A stretch of DNA of 64,000 bases, from assembly GCA_964016885.1 (NCBI GenBank), contig OZ024741.1, positions 348,440,001 to 348,504,000 of the forward strand, read 5' to 3'. Shown here one piece after another: positions 16,060 through 32,008 of the stretch. A model generated the notes under the pieces. The model made no database searches. It was not told the origin of the DNA and was given only the letters and a program-made list of their open reading frames with translations. The DNA is from Eledone cirrhosa. Its lineage: Eukaryota. The position numbers were made by a program, and so were the translations under genes. Within the stretch, counting starts at the first letter, position 1. The number at the start of each line of letters is the position of its first letter.

Positions 16060-16427
16060 AAAGTAGATAAAATTCCATCCGATGATTATATATGTATACC
16101 ATTTACGTGGTTATGTCTTTGGGTGCAATTGTTCTCCACGCTCCACATATGACGTATTATCTTCATTTTCTCCGTTGATTGCCAGAGAACGTCTCTATGA
16201 AGCACCTAATAGAATATTAGTCTACGACTTCTTTTATACTCGTTTTTTCCCGTTCTTTGCCAGGGAACGTTTCCACGAACCAAAGTAACGTCTTCCTGTC
16301 TTCCTCCGGTTGCAACGTTTTTTGAAATATTCACTTCTGCGTTCACAGCTTGACTTTGTTAGTTTCAGAAGATCCCGTTAAGGGTGAAAGCAGTGATTCT
16401 TTGCTTAAACTTTAATCTGTTATTTTA

Positions 16428-16432
<5 letters not shown>
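16060..16432 (+). mobile_element. PLE 3'/pLTR fragment of the same family as 3119-4818
   Basis: 16262-16432 is near-identical to 4561-4731 and is flanked by (TA)n. Confidence 0.75.
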
Positions 16433-16467
<35 letters not shown>

Positions 16468-16520
16468 GTATGTATATATATTTATATGTATGTATGTATG
16501 TTGGTATGTATGTATGTATG

Positions 16521-16592
<72 letters not shown>

Positions 16593-18968
16593 TATAACTA
16601 TACTGGTAGTCATAATGATATATGCAAATAAAATCCACCGAGGATTCGGGAGCGTTGTATATATCTATGTGTGTATATAATATTTAGATAATATTTAAGG
16701 CAAAAAAAACACAATCGATATCAGACAACACATCTTGTTACTGTAGCCAACACTTGAAACTAATACGTTGCCTCTTGATTTAGGAGATATAACAACTTCC
16801 TCTCTGTTCTTCAAATTGGTAGGCTATGCTTTATTACGTAATACTCGCAGTATACTATGATTGAAATAAAAATAGGATGGTCAGAGTCAGCCTGCCTTTG
16901 ATCATAAGAGCTGCTTAAAACGTGACTTGGCAAACGTTTCTTGAATAATAACTACTGGCATATAAGATAATTATCATGTTCTTATTCCACTGATTTACCT
17001 CTTTGCAAATACAACCATATCTCCCTAAACCATGCCTTAGCATTTTATATAGTGATGCATATGTTGGGTAACTTATCTAGTTATATTTTCAATATATCTA
17101 AAAATAAAGTTCGACTGAGTACGTCTAGCATGATTTTGACATACGCTTGCTCCGTCTAGACTGACCTGAAGTTAAAAAGCAACGATAACTCAAATTATAT
17201 TGATCTCTATTTATAAATCTTTCTTGTTTCCTTTGTGAGAAATCAATACATGTTTTTTGTGTGTAAACATACCTTATACTATGGAAAATAAACTGCATGA
17301 ATATGATAGACCATCGTTACATTTATTCAATAATTCTTTACAATATATGATAATATTATATAATTTTATATTTTTTGTTTTAATATTTTGCAGGTAAGGG
17401 AAATGTTCAAGATGTGAATATAATACAGATTTGGTAAGAATATTTCATTTTCAATATTCATCTCTCATCGGTTTAATAGGGCTTTATTTTTCAAGGAACC
17501 ATTCTTTTCAACAGTTAACTTTATATTTTCATGTTCCCTCAATATTTTAGTTTTTTTTCTCTGTGCGAGGTATGGAATCCGAAACGCAGAAAAGTTGCTG
17601 TAACAGTCCATCACTAGAAAGTGTAGATTAAAGAGTTGGATAAAATAACCTAAGAGAAGTAAATCTGTCAACATTCGTTAATGAGAAATGAACTCCGATC
17701 GTCTGAAGTTTCTGCGTATTGATTTCACCATTAAGCTAATACAGATTTCGTCATATGTAGGTACCAATACTGAGGAGTATGCAACTTAGAACCGGATGTA
17801 AAAAGGTTTTATAAAATTTTGAAAAGTTGGTCGATTTGATTGTTTGAAATCATGAGAATCCCAACGGCAGAAAAATAACTGTAACACTGTCGATCTCTAT
17901 AAATAGATTAGAAAATCAGGTAAAATACTCTTAATGACTGAAACAAATTAACAAGCGACTGCTGGTTACTTTTTATGTCTCTAGGTCAGGCGCTTGGTTT
18001 CGAAATTATAAATTTAACAATTACGGGTTTTAACTCAGAAAACAAAATGTCGATGCATTCTAACAACCTGGCCGATTTATCACCATTGCTACATTGATTT
18101 TTAAATAATACAAGTGCTTTTTGAAATAAAATTAATAGTTACGTTTTCCATTACAAACTATGAAGGCGATGACAGTGGGAGTTCGCCTCTTCTGTATTCG
18201 GACCTGGTGTACAGCATCAGTTTAGCACCTACTGTCAGCTGTGTAATGTCCCTCTATACATCTAAAGGTAGATAATCTTGTTCAAAATTATTATTTTTTT
18301 TTTTTTTTTATTGTGTTTCGACACAACATCATAAATCACTCTGTAAGTTTGTTCTATTGTCTACACTGCATCTATCGCATTGTGGCAAAGTTAGTCGAAT
18401 ATCAATCCCTGAACAGCAATCCTTAATGTTCATTGAAGGCAATTTATTGGTAAGATCCAAACGATATGTAATCTAAGTGATGTAGATGATGCAAGCCATG
18501 ACCATCAGATACAGCATCACATAATTCCTAAAATACGTTTAATTATATAATTCGAAAGATTTGCTTTATTTTATGAATGCTGCTGCTTCTCATTGTTGAT
18601 GATGCTTTTGCTTAACTCGTGGTTTGCCGTGATCAAGCAAACCAATAATTGAATTTGTTTCAAACGTGGGCATCTGTTTTTATTTGTTTTTATTCCTTTA
18701 CTTATATATATATTTCGAATTGGGGCCAATTTGAAGAAGAAATGTAGAGGATTTCGTTGCTATATCTTCGCCTGTTGATTACCCACGTTTCGGCTGTTTA
18801 TGTTAATGATTGCTATTTGATAATGAAAATATTTGTCACCTGATTATTTTCTAATTCGTCGCAGGTATAGCTGTTTCTCGACACTTTTCAGCATTTCGGA
18901 GAAATTATATCAAAGTAGTTGTGTATTTGAGCAACCCTATAAAAAAATGTAATGTAAAATATTTTCTC

Positions 18969-19021
18969 ATGAAGAAACATTGATCTGCTTTATAAAGGCT
19001 TGCAAAACACACAAAACCAAG

Positions 19022-19090
<69 letters not shown>

Positions 19091-19169
19091 GTGTGTGTGT
19101 GTGTGAGAGTGTGTGTGTGCATGCCGTGTGTTTTGCAGGCCTTTATAAAGCAGATCAATGTTTCTTCAT
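18969..19169. repeat. Fold-back palindrome: 44 bp arms around (CA)n(TA)n(TG)n
   Basis: atgaagaaacattgatctgctttataaagg... pairs with ...cctttataaagcagatcaatgtttcttcat with one mismatch. Confidence 0.9.
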
Positions 19170-19222
19170 AAGTAAATATTTGATTTTAAAGGCTCTTTTT
19201 ATAAATACACGCACACACACAT

Positions 19223-19260
<38 letters not shown>

Positions 19261-19262
19261 GT

Positions 19263-19306
<44 letters not shown>

Positions 19307-21414
19307 GTATGTGTATGTGTCTGTGTGGGTGTGTGTCTGCGTTCTGTGTGTGTCAGTGTGTGTGTATGTCTGTGTGTATGTGCGTATGTGTGTATATGTC
19401 TGTGTGTGTGCGTGTGTGTGTTTGAGTGAAATATATGGTGAAATATATAGGAATCGTAGTAAAATAAATTCGGTGTCTGATATAGCCATCTTTAATTCTT
19501 CCCTATTTATCGCCACTGTTCCGTTAGTGATAATACCAGACATTAAGAGCTTAAGTGTATCTTGTATTTATATGTGCTTAAGTTCATCATTTTAATCATC
19601 ATATGTTTATTCATGGGAATAACACAAATTCTTAAATCATTCTCATGACATATCGTTCCATTAGATCAAGCTAAAATGAAAACAGCATTAACTTGAAAAA
19701 TAGTGTTGGGAATGGTTCTAAATTTATATTCTAATAATATATATATATATATTTGTATTTCATACTGACACTAATCCAATAACTCCCTTTCATCAGCTAC
19801 GTGTATATAGGGAGCTATGTTAGGAAATAAGGGAAACCGCTTTGATTCAATAACAGACTGAGCAATTAATGCAACACTCACAAGAAAATGTATTAATGTG
19901 TGATCAATTTAGGGGAGATAATAAAATTGAAAGTAGCATCAAGTTTTAAGTTGTTTGTCATTCAAATTTGACACTGAGATCTCCAGCACGGCAAAACACT
20001 TTAATGAGACACCCAACACTAGATATTCAGCTATTGTCAGCCACGATTGGCATACCTATACTTAACCTAAGTAACCAGAGCTGTCAAAAATCATATATTT
20101 TTGTCATGAAAAATACGTAATTATTACAACAGTTTTCTACCTTTCACCATGGCTGGCACATATGACAGCCTATTTCCGGGCAATTCAGAGGTCTACCTAT
20201 ATAGACATGAATTTGTGTCCTCTGAGATATAAGGCCGAAAAACTATTCACATTGGCACTATTATTGTATTATCTCAATCCTACATAGAATATTTATCGTT
20301 TGAGATAGAAATAAGAGAAAAGTTTGTATAAAGAAAATACATCGTCACACGCTACGAGTGACTGGAAGCATAAACCGTTGTGTATCTAAGAAAATGATGA
20401 ACAGTTCATTATAACCCAATGAGGAGACGGTACGTCCATGGGAACAATTGAATGTTGTCCTCAGAATCTAGTCAGCACGTCAGTCATATGGTTTCGAGAT
20501 CCGTTCCTCTATCCAGGAATTTGATTTAGTGTAGATTGCTATAGCCTCGGATCGATTATATACCTTTTCATTGAAATGTTCCCGTGAAATTTGTAATTCT
20601 GCGGTGTCAAACTGGAATGAGTGTGGCTACTTCAGGTAGGTTGACCACGATAAGTTTTAAACCAGAACTTGGCACTTGCGTTTGTTCAGCAGTGTTTTTT
20701 TCTTTTTGCTATAATTTCCCGGTCAGAACAGAAATTCATATTATCTGCTCAACATTTAGAGAGAATACTAAAGTGTGCAACGGGCATTGACTATTTACCT
20801 CCATCTGGGCTAATGAACAAAACAAGAAATACATCTTTGGCACCTATAATTATGTGGTGTATCTACTTCATGGCTAAACTTAAAACGTTATTCGACTGTA
20901 GTAGATGGCGGCCGCATCCTCTTTCTCCTACTGCAGCTTTCATTAAAATTTGAGGTTCCATTGTCGGACTATTCAACTTGGATATATTTTGGATTAAAAT
21001 GATTATACTGAATTTGAACGGAAAGATGCATGCAATACAACACAACGTATCTGCTCAGATGTAATTATATTTTCACCAATCCAGTGTTATAGATTCGTAC
21101 TTTATTTTATGAAGCCCCGAAAGGATGAAAGGCAAAAATAATATAACAGAGATCTGAAATCATGGCACAGAGAACCGGAAGAAAAACACCACTGTTTTGA
21201 ATACGCCACAGGTTGGTAAAATGGTATAATTTTGAATAAAAGGAGTTAAGTATCGGCATTACACGTCACGATAACAGGGTTCTATATTTGACCCCAAGGT
21301 TAGTAGTTTGACATACTATCGATTCGACCAGAGAATGTAACATAGTAAATAAACTAAATTATTTCGTCTGATTTTGTCTGGCAAATCTTTTTTTCTGTGT
21401 GACTTTTGTCTTAG

Positions 21415-21513
21415 TTCTTCTTCTTCTTCTTCTTCTTCTTCTTCTTCTTCTTCTTCTTCTTCTTCTTCTTCTTCTTCTTCTTCTTCTTCTTCTTCTTCTT
21501 CTTCTTCTTCTTC
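21415..21513. repeat. (CTT)n microsatellite
   Basis: Direct inspection. Confidence 0.95.
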
Positions 21514-24500
21514 TACTCCCCGCCCAGTTGTCTTTCTTCAATTCATGAATAATTTCAAAGGTCATTGTGTTAAAACTTCCATTCCATAAATGGTATGAAC
21601 AGAAATCTCTTCACAAAAACATTTCCAAAATGTTAAAGCTATATCTCATAAAACTAATAAATATTTTGTGTAAAAAAAAAAAAAACGCACGTGGAATTAT
21701 CGTAAACGAAATGATTTTCAAACGTGATTTGGCGTAAAATTAAGTAGCAAAGTATTCTTAATTCATTTTTTTACAATTTTGCATTTCTCAAATCATTAAA
21801 TCCATATTTTTTCCAAATAAAATCGTGTTGGAATAATTAGGAACTGGAGAAAAATGTGTAGCAATATGATCACAGTATGAGAGAAATAATGCTGCGGAAA
21901 TATAGAAAACTCGCAGCAATACAGAGTATTGCACGATTTTACTGATACTCCTTAAATACGATCTCACGAATATACTAAATTTTGGATAGATGGCTTTTCA
22001 TGATTCTCCCAATGTTTCAGTGTTTTCAAAGGTGTTGAATCATTAAAAATAATTTTTTGTGCACAAGCAGTCTTTCGTTTTGGTTTTTAAGAAATACTTT
22101 TTAAAACTCAATATCTCAGTTGCTTTGATGAAAAATTATAGTCCATAAATTATACCTTACATATATATATATGCATACATACCTAAATACGTAAATACAT
22201 ACGTACATGCATACATACATACAGACATACATGGTGGCTGCCAACTCGTTTTCGAGTAGGGCCACTACTTTATATCCATGTAGGAGAACCCCTACCGAAG
22301 TGCTGAACGAGTGTGACTTTTTAGTCCAGCCAGCGACTTGAAAACTCTGGTACAAACACTACACTTGTGACAATTATTGACACATAGTGCTGGGCCCATG
22401 GTACCATGTGACGACAAGTGCAGAGAGATCTCTAGATATAAAGCAATGCCTGTGCCGTGAAGCTTTTATAGTGAGCAAAGGCACTGCACAAAGCCAGTCC
22501 CACTTTCTTAACCAAGATGATATTTACCAAAAAGAAGAACAAGTCAACATCATTGGATACCATCAGGGTTGCAGGTGTTATATCAGAGTTTTCCTTCTCC
22601 TAAAATTCTGCCTTGACAAAGGCTAAGGGGTCATCTCTCCTGGTGACATACATACATGTATGCATACATGCATACATGCATACATACACACATGCATACA
22701 TACATACGTACATGATGGCAACTCGATTTCGAGTAATGCCATCGCTTGATACTTAAGCATGAGCATCACGGACGTGACTTTTAATCTTGCTAGGAACTTG
22801 CATATGGCCAGCAATGCCATACAACACAAACATTGAGATGCATGGCTTTATATATTGAATCTACATTATACAAGAGAATATATCTGGGACTTCTACATGG
22901 CCAACCCTCAACAAATCCTGTATTCGATCTGCTAGAAATAACAACCAGATCTCCCTTACAACAAGGTTGAAAAAAAGAAAAAAAAACATATCAGGTTTCT
23001 GTTATTTTATTGTTTTTTTTGCGTCCAAAGTCTCTACTTGCTCTCCGTGAATAACGATAAAGTTAGAAAAGGTGAAATAACCTGGAGCGCTTGTAAGAAG
23101 AGTTTCCCACAAAGCCACGCCTCAAGAGGAGAAACTTTTGCAGCAAACGTAGAAAAAAATTAAAGCGGGGAGACACATCTGTCAGGCAGTCATAGGGTGT
23201 GAATATAAAGGATATCAGCCCAATCAATCAGAAATGCATCGTTTTGTAGCAGCTGTACCATTACATATCTAGGAACAGTATCTGATTTGGGGGTCTCAAT
23301 TAATATATTTAAAAGATTAGAAGTCTTTCAAGAATGACGTATTATCAAGTCTTGGTAATGAAAGTTAATCTTTGTAATGTAGTCGTTAATATATTGGGTA
23401 TATGCATTCAACAGCAGAGATATAAAATGATGCTGTCACATAGCAATGTAAGAATCACCAGGTCACTTGCCATACGGTGACCATAAATGATTAGAATCAT
23501 AACACAAATGGGATGATCACCGCTGCAATATTCTTTATTATATATTTGATCAATAAGGACATACCTCGAATTAAACAACAACAACAACAGCATCCACAGC
23601 TACAAAAACAGCAACAAGGGCAACAACATACCAGTAACGACAATATGTTGCAGAGTCGTGTTATCATATAATATGAGCCCGTATTAGTAAATGAATGAAA
23701 CTTTCGATTCCTGATTATTATAAATGGTTGGGCTTTAAAGTAATCCATTTATTACGTGTGACCACAGAGATATACACATACACAAACATGAACATATACT
23801 GCAACAACCCTATCTACATGTCCAAACACACTCACCCACATGCTTAATTTCAAGTATATTCATATACATATACAGATAGGACATTGGTTCACATACACAA
23901 ATTGGCTCCTATTGGTTCACACACACAAATACACACACAAACAGTTCAATCATATCAACCTTTCTACATATGTTTTTGTTATGATTTCTCTTGGTGATTA
24001 TATTCATTCAACAGGTGCCACGTAGGGGCATCGATTTCAAGGTTTAATCGATCAAATCGATCCCAGCATTCAATTCAGTCTGTAATTTAATGTACTGAAA
24101 TATGTTTGTCGAATCATAAGGTTAAAAGAAATGAAGACACTCAAATTATACTATATTTGTTTTGACTTATATATGCACAAAGAAGGATGAAAGCAGATAT
24201 ATACACATATACATGCACACATATTCAAGCACAAATACATGTAATTGTATCGACAGCTTGTTTAAAGTTTTATAGTTCTGTTCGTTTGCATGTTGTAGGA
24301 TACGCCACATATGTACAGGTCTATTTCTTTGTAGCATTCTTCATACACACATAATCAGAGATAAACCCAACCCACCAAATATACATATGTGTCTACATAT
24401 GTATGCGTTTATGCGTGGGAAGTAAGTGTGTGTGTATGTGTGTGTGTTTGTGTATAAGTCGCCGGATTGACCTTTTGCCCAGCTTACATTTCTCCAGTGA

Positions 24501-24739
24501 GAGATTTATGTAATTTCCAACAATGACCGAAAAACTTAGGTGTCCATGTCTGATGGGTACAACTTCTGATTTGAGAATGATTTATAACCAAATCTGAGAT
24601 TTGAGAATGATTTATAACCAAATCTGTTCTTCTGTTCGAAAATGATTTTGGCTATCCTCCAAATATTTATTAAACCTGAAACAAAGCCTAATCTAAACAT
24701 AATATTATTTTATCTATATGCAACATATTTTTTCCAGCA

Positions 24740-25260
24740 GATGAATCAAGACCAAATATAAATTTTCAAGGCGAGTAACTATCAAGAATCTTCCAGGAAA
24801 ATAGCCAATGTATTAGGAAAAACATTGATATAACTATTAAATAATATTGGTGGTCTTTTGAAATGTTAGGTATTGTCCATTTAATAGATGCTGTCTGGAA
24901 AATGACACTAAACATTGTCAAAATGTAATTTGGAAGGATGTTTTGCCCATGTTAAAATCGATCCTTGAAACATTTATTTCAAACTCTATAATAAAAGCTG
25001 GAGGTTGACATCTTACAAATAGAATAAACATAGAACAAGGACTATACCCCTATGTGTGTTGTGGACAAATGGTATTTGACAGGAATTATTCTTACTGCTA
25101 ATATTTTGATTGAAACTGTTTTAAAACTGGCCATATCTCAAACTAATATCAATCTGTTATGAGATTTTAAAGGGGCGAGATAAAAAAAAAAGGATCTGGG
25201 TGCATGTGTTAGTAAGATGCACGACCAACAGCCACATTTGCAGTATACAACATCTGCTCC
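24740..25260 (-). pseudogene. Highly decayed pogo/Tigger-like DDE transposase remnant
   Basis: The minus strand gives LHFDNV*CH followed by an FPNT-like segment, resembling DNxxxH ... FLPPNTT. Confidence 0.3.
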
Positions 25261-25570
25261 TCACAATATCTCCACACTGCTGCGCTATAACAATTTTATC
25301 ATCAGCACCTATCAGAATCTCATGATAAATTAACAATATATTTAGAGTATAGTTTACTAATTCAGTCGGTATTTTATCAATTATTATTTAATTATATTCT
25401 TCCTTGATATAGTAAACTGATATTAAAATACCAGTAATGCTGGGTAATTGCTGGCCTTGTGCCAAAACTAGAAACAATTATAATTATTCGTAAAACCTCA
25501 TGCCTAAATGTATTTATTTAAAACAAATACTATTCAGAGACCTGAAGTCCATTGCTATTATCTATATAAT

Positions 25571-25762
25571 GGGCGTGGATTGGCGGTATTGCTAGAGGGT
25601 TGGACAACATGCTTTGTAGCATAGAATTACGGCCCTTTATGGTCTAAGTTCAAATCCCACCAAGGCTAACTTTGCCTTTCATCCTTACGGGGTCGATAAA
25701 AGAAAGCACCAGGTAATGCATTGGGGTAGTTGCTGGCCTTGTGCCAAAAGTAGAAACAATTA
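25571..25762 (+). mobile_element. tRNA-head Nin/Deu-core SINE (with a separate 3' fragment at ~25425-25485)
   Basis: Same core and tail. Imperfect TSD attat(c/t)tatat. Confidence 0.85.
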
Positions 25763-26300
25763 TTTATATCAGATGTTCCACCTATTTCGTTTATGACATT
25801 TCCTCTAAGAACATATCCCGTTATAAAATCAGAAATGTCTATATAAATTTATATGTATTCCTCCTCCTACACCTGATGATGATGATGATGATGATAATTA
25901 TGATGATGATAACCAGCATCATCATAATTATCATGTTCATCATCATCTTCATCATTATCGTCCACGAAGACTTTTCACGCAAGCATGGCTTGAGTGGAAA
26001 TGTGTTACAGCTGGTTCCAATTCCTGAACCACAAACCTTCAGTTAATTCACATGACACACGGGAATTTGAGGATGTATTCTAAATTAGACACACCCGGCC
26101 ATACATACAGGCATACATGACTATGTATATATATATATATGTATATATATATATAACAATGTTAACATTAGAGGTCACTTGTATGTGTTATCACATACTC
26201 AGTTACACACATATTCCTTGTAAAACATAACCACAACTATACAATACCACATAAATGTCCATGAACGAGTGTTTTGGAGAAGATTATTTCTATTTTTTGA

Positions 26301-26492
26301 AAGGCGGTGGATTGGCAGTATCGGTAGAGGGTCGGACGCCATGCTTTCCAGCATAGTTACGTCCCTTTACGATCTGAGTTCAAATCCCTCCGAGGTTGAC
26401 TTTACCTTTCATCCTTACGGGGTCGATAAAATAAAGTACCAGTAATGCACAGGGTAATTGCTGGCCTTGTGCCTAAAGTAGAAACAATTATT
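26301..26492 (+). mobile_element. tRNA-head Nin/Deu-core SINE
   Basis: Perfect 18 bp TSD attatttctattttttga at 26283-26300 and 26487-26504. Confidence 0.92.
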
Positions 26493-27899
26493 TCTATTTT
26501 TTGATGAAATGTACCTCCTATGCTTTGAATTAGTGTGTAAACTATTAAGCATTACACTGACACATGTAATCTTAATATATCCATTAAACTAGTCGTTTGG
26601 CACAATAAATCATAGATGCTCCCAAAGAGTGTACTTCTACACAATCTAAGCCAAATTATTGGATCGATTAAGGGCTTTAGCAAATGAAATTTTACTAAAA
26701 TACCAGACGTTTTGATTCGTACTAACAACGTTATGATTGCGAAACAAGTTACTTAACCACATAGTTATGCACGTAATCATTATTTTACAGACATATGGAC
26801 TTTCAAACCCACAACGTACACATCTCCCTATAAATACGCATATATTTGTAAAATAAGAGGCATAAACCTAAATGAAATGCAGGCAAATATACGCACATAT
26901 GCACAGGAACATTAAAAACCAGTCATAAAATAGTCTGCTTACAATCTAATACACGCACACATACTCGTACATAAATAAATATACAATCTATTAAATCTGC
27001 ATTTTACACTACACTCATGCATATGATGTGTTTACATGCGCATACAAAAACACACAAATATATATATGTATGTTTGGTTGTATGAAAGTATGTGAATGTA
27101 TTCATGTATGTATTGAACTTACTATGTATGTTTCACGCACACACAGATGAATGGAAAAATGCAAGGAAGACGAGATAAGTCGTGAGTAAATATATACAGA
27201 CTTAAAAGCCTGTAGCATTTGTAGCTATATTTGTATTGTGGTATAAACGGACAGTTAAGAAAAGTAGAATCCACTTATATTTAAGTGGTGGTGGTGGTAG
27301 TGGTGGTGGTGGTGGTGTAGGTAGTGTTGACGGTAATGATGGCGGTGGTGGTGGTGGTGGTGGCGTTGGTAGTGGGGGGGGGGAGACAGTCTCGTCGCCA
27401 TTGCTTTTATGATAGCAGTTATGAAAATGTAGGATGCATATTCTTCTTCTTCTTATTATTATTATTCGAAGGAGAAGAAGAAGAAGAAGAATTAGTATTA
27501 CGTTTGAGTTCATACTGGAGCAAAGATTACATATAGTTTCTGTAAAAAATATTTGCTCTCCTTTTGAAACGGTAGGTAAACAGGTACATAATAAGTCAAG
27601 TTTCATTTCTTGACGGGATATTTCATCAGTATTTGTTTAAGTCATATGGAATAGACATTGAATAAAGAAAAAGGAAAATATAGAGATGAAGAAAATGTAA
27701 GTTAGCTAGCTTTATGTACTGAAGATAATTCCAAGGTCAACTTGTCATAGAGCGTTTAAGGGGCCGTATGTTCAAGAGCATAGGATTATGAATACATCTT
27801 CCCCAGAGTTAGGTTTGTATTTAACATGCTACGTATATAACAAAGAGCAGGAAAGTAAATCCTCGATTTCTATACACAGACTCATGCACAAACCACAGA

Positions 27900-28902
<1,003 letters not shown>

Positions 28903-29276
28903 TTGATATAGGGAGATATATACAATTAATGATATAAATAAAAAAGAGGGAGAGATTGATACATAGATAGAGGTATGCTGGGATCCACGTAGATAAATAC
29001 TTAGGTTTGTAAGTATATTGATATAATTCCTAAATAGATAGATTGATAAACGAGATGACATGTAAAAAGGAAAGGGAAAAACTAACGTCCTATTCATTCT
29101 CTGTTGTATTTATTAGAAAATAAATAAAGAAAGTACCACTGAATACAGTTCTTGAAGTTTATATTTGTCCAAGAACAGTTTAAGTCAACAAACACTCTTT
29201 CACGTGAACTATGTGTGTTTGCATATACATATATATATATATACACGGCCTACGGACGCTTTAAGCATCCAACACC

Positions 29277-29337
<61 letters not shown>

Positions 29338-29433
29338 TACACTCTTATATACGTAACGTAAATAGAAGCCTGTCTATTTATATCTATGTATCTACATCAG
29401 CGTCTTTATAAACATCCATACGTACATAGAAAC

Positions 29434-29602
29434 ATACATAGATACATACATACCTACATACATACATACATACATACATACATACATACACACATACATA
29501 CATACATACATACATACATACATACATACATACATACATACATACATACATACATACATACATACATGCATACATACATACATAAATAAATACATACATA
29601 CA
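29434..29602. repeat. (TACA)n microsatellite
   Basis: Direct inspection. Confidence 0.95.
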
Positions 29603-30105
29603 TATATGTTGATATGTATACAAACATGAGCCAATGACTGAGAGGAGATAAAAGGCTGAGAAAGACGGAGTGAAAGAGAGAGAAAGAGGGAGAGACAAAT
29701 TGGAGAGAATCATGAAGATTAAGATTTCGATTAAAACTTTACTCTACCCATATTACCACTTAAATCCTGAAAACAAAATACATGGAAATCTCGTGGGAAT
29801 TGAACAAGAAAAATTGGAAATATATTAAGGTAAAATACCTCGAAAATACAAGGAACTGTATTGCTTCTCCTATCAATATTTGTAGTCTTCAAAATTAACA
29901 TTAATATCTTCTTCTTCTTCTTCTTCTTCTTCTTCTTCTTCTTCTTCTTCTTCTTCTTCTTTACATGTGGTTGTGCTTATTGTTATTGTTGAAAATGTTA
30001 ATATAATTACTAAATAATATTCTCTTCTATTTAAATATAGTTATTCTTAGAGCATTTTGTATTCGAAACGAGAATATCTCGTTTAGAAAGCATTGACGTG
30101 CTTAA

Positions 30106-30198
<93 letters not shown>

Positions 30199-30354
30199 TT
30201 CAATGTTTTCTTTAACATTCTTTCAATTAAAGAAAAGTTGTATTTTCTGGCATGTTGGCATCCTTACATATTAGATATGCATATGTTTATAAACACATTG
30301 ATATAGTATATGTATACACACGTACACACACACACACATACACACACACACACA

Positions 30355-30437
<83 letters not shown>

Positions 30438-30771
30438 CTATGTATACAAATAGTGCATCAACGTGTACATATCAAATATATGCATATCTAATGTGTAAGG
30501 ATCTGAATGTGCTGATTTCAAATCCTACCGAGGTCAATAATGATATTAATATATATATATATATGGAGCAGAAACGAAGTATCAATATAACATCAATATG
30601 TTTATACACATACCGCAGGCGTTCCACGATCGATCAGTTCAGCGTAAGATCAGTACTGATCGGGAACAAGATTGAAGTCGATACCCCTTCAAAATACAGA
30701 AGTATATGTATATGCATTTCTCACCCTCACTTTCACTCACCCATTCTCACTCTCTCTCGCATCTCTCTCTC

Positions 30772-30816
<45 letters not shown>

Positions 30817-30954
30817 ACATATATATATATATGTATAAATATATACATGTGTATATATATATATATAACGAAGGAAGTGTGGTAAGGAACCAGATGGACC
30901 ATAACGCACCAGGGTACTCAATACTTAGGGTAGTATATATATATATATATATAT

Positions 30955-31563
30955 TGGTAGGATTTTAACTCAGACCGTTCAGATCTCGCTTTCATCATTA
31001 CGATAGAATGTAGCACCAGTAATGCACGTGGTCAAATCAATCGACTTTCCCCTTCCCTTCAAATTTCTGGCCTTGAGTCTAAAGCAGAAACAATTATTAG
31101 TAGTAGTAGTAACACGTGTGTGGTTGATTGGCAGTATCGGTAGAGCGTCGGACACCATGCTGATTTCAAATCCCGCCGAGGGTAGCTTTCCCGATAAAAT
31201 AAAGTACCAGTAACCCACTGGGATCGATTTAATCGACATTCGCCTCCCCAAAATTGCTGGCCTTGTGACTAAAGTAGAAACAATTATTATTATTATTAAA
31301 ACACTACTTTTTAAGGATACACATAATGGGGAAGTACCGACACACGTACTAACAATGTGTGTTGAAATTGGTGAATCTTCGGTGGATTAGCCGTATCGGT
31401 AGAAGGTCGGACGCCATGCTTTGACGCATAGAGTTACGGCCTTTGCCATTCTGAGTTAAAATCCCGTCGAGGTTAACTTTGCCTTTCATCCTTACGGGGT
31501 TGATAAAATAAAGTACCAGTAATGTACTGGCTGATTGCTGCCCTTGTGCCAAATAGAAACAAT
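30955..31563 (+). mobile_element. Cluster of three same-orientation SINE copies (~30955-31098, ~31120-31297, 31380-31563)
   Basis: Three successive ccttg(t/a)g...agaaacaat tails. The middle copy ends in (ATT)n. Confidence 0.8.
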
Positions 31564-31565
31564 AT

Positions 31566-31630
<65 letters not shown>

Positions 31631-31700
31631 TATATATATTAGAAAGTGAGGTTTTTTTTACAAAATGAAATATAACCGAGGTGTCCTACACGAGTGAAAG

Positions 31701-31996
31701 TATAGAGAAAAAAAGATGAAATCGAAAATGCAAATGGAGTCTTATTTAAAAAAAATATATATATTTATTTGGTACCTTTACCGGTTTCGCAGTTGTTCTG
31801 CTTTTCAAAAGTAGAGTTGAGATGGAGGGTCTGTGGTTTTTCTCACATGTGAGATAAACCACAGACCCTCCATCTCAAGTCTACTTTTGAAAAGCAGAAG
31901 AACTGCGAAACCGGTAAAGGAACCAAATAAATATATATATATTTTTTTTAAATAAGACTCCAGTTGCATTTTCGATTTCATCTTTTTTTCTTTATA
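31701..31996. mobile_element. ~296 bp spacer-less palindrome of a PLE-like terminus, one hammerhead per arm
   Basis: Centre tctcaca|tgtgaga at 31847/31848. The arms differ at a few positions, and each carries TTGAAAA-gcag..ctgc-GAAA-ccgg-TA followed by AATAAA. Confidence 0.85.
31884..31920 (+). ncRNA. Minimal type I hammerhead candidate (U3-A8), right arm; mirror copy at 31775-31811 (-)
   Basis: ctt-TTGAAAA-gcag aagaa ctgc-GAAA-ccgg-TA-aag. Palindromic loop 3 accggt. Confidence 0.65.
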
Positions 31997-32008
31997 TATA
32001 TATATATA

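Noticed and set aside
22180-22830. Two diverged repeats with (TACA)n tails
   Set aside because: Probably old RTE- or SINE-derived ends, too decayed to classify.
24567-24626. Short tandem duplications (also near 6711, 15002, 39857, 63795) as a CRISPR-like array
   Set aside because: Only two adjacent units without spacers, no cas genes, eukaryotic context.
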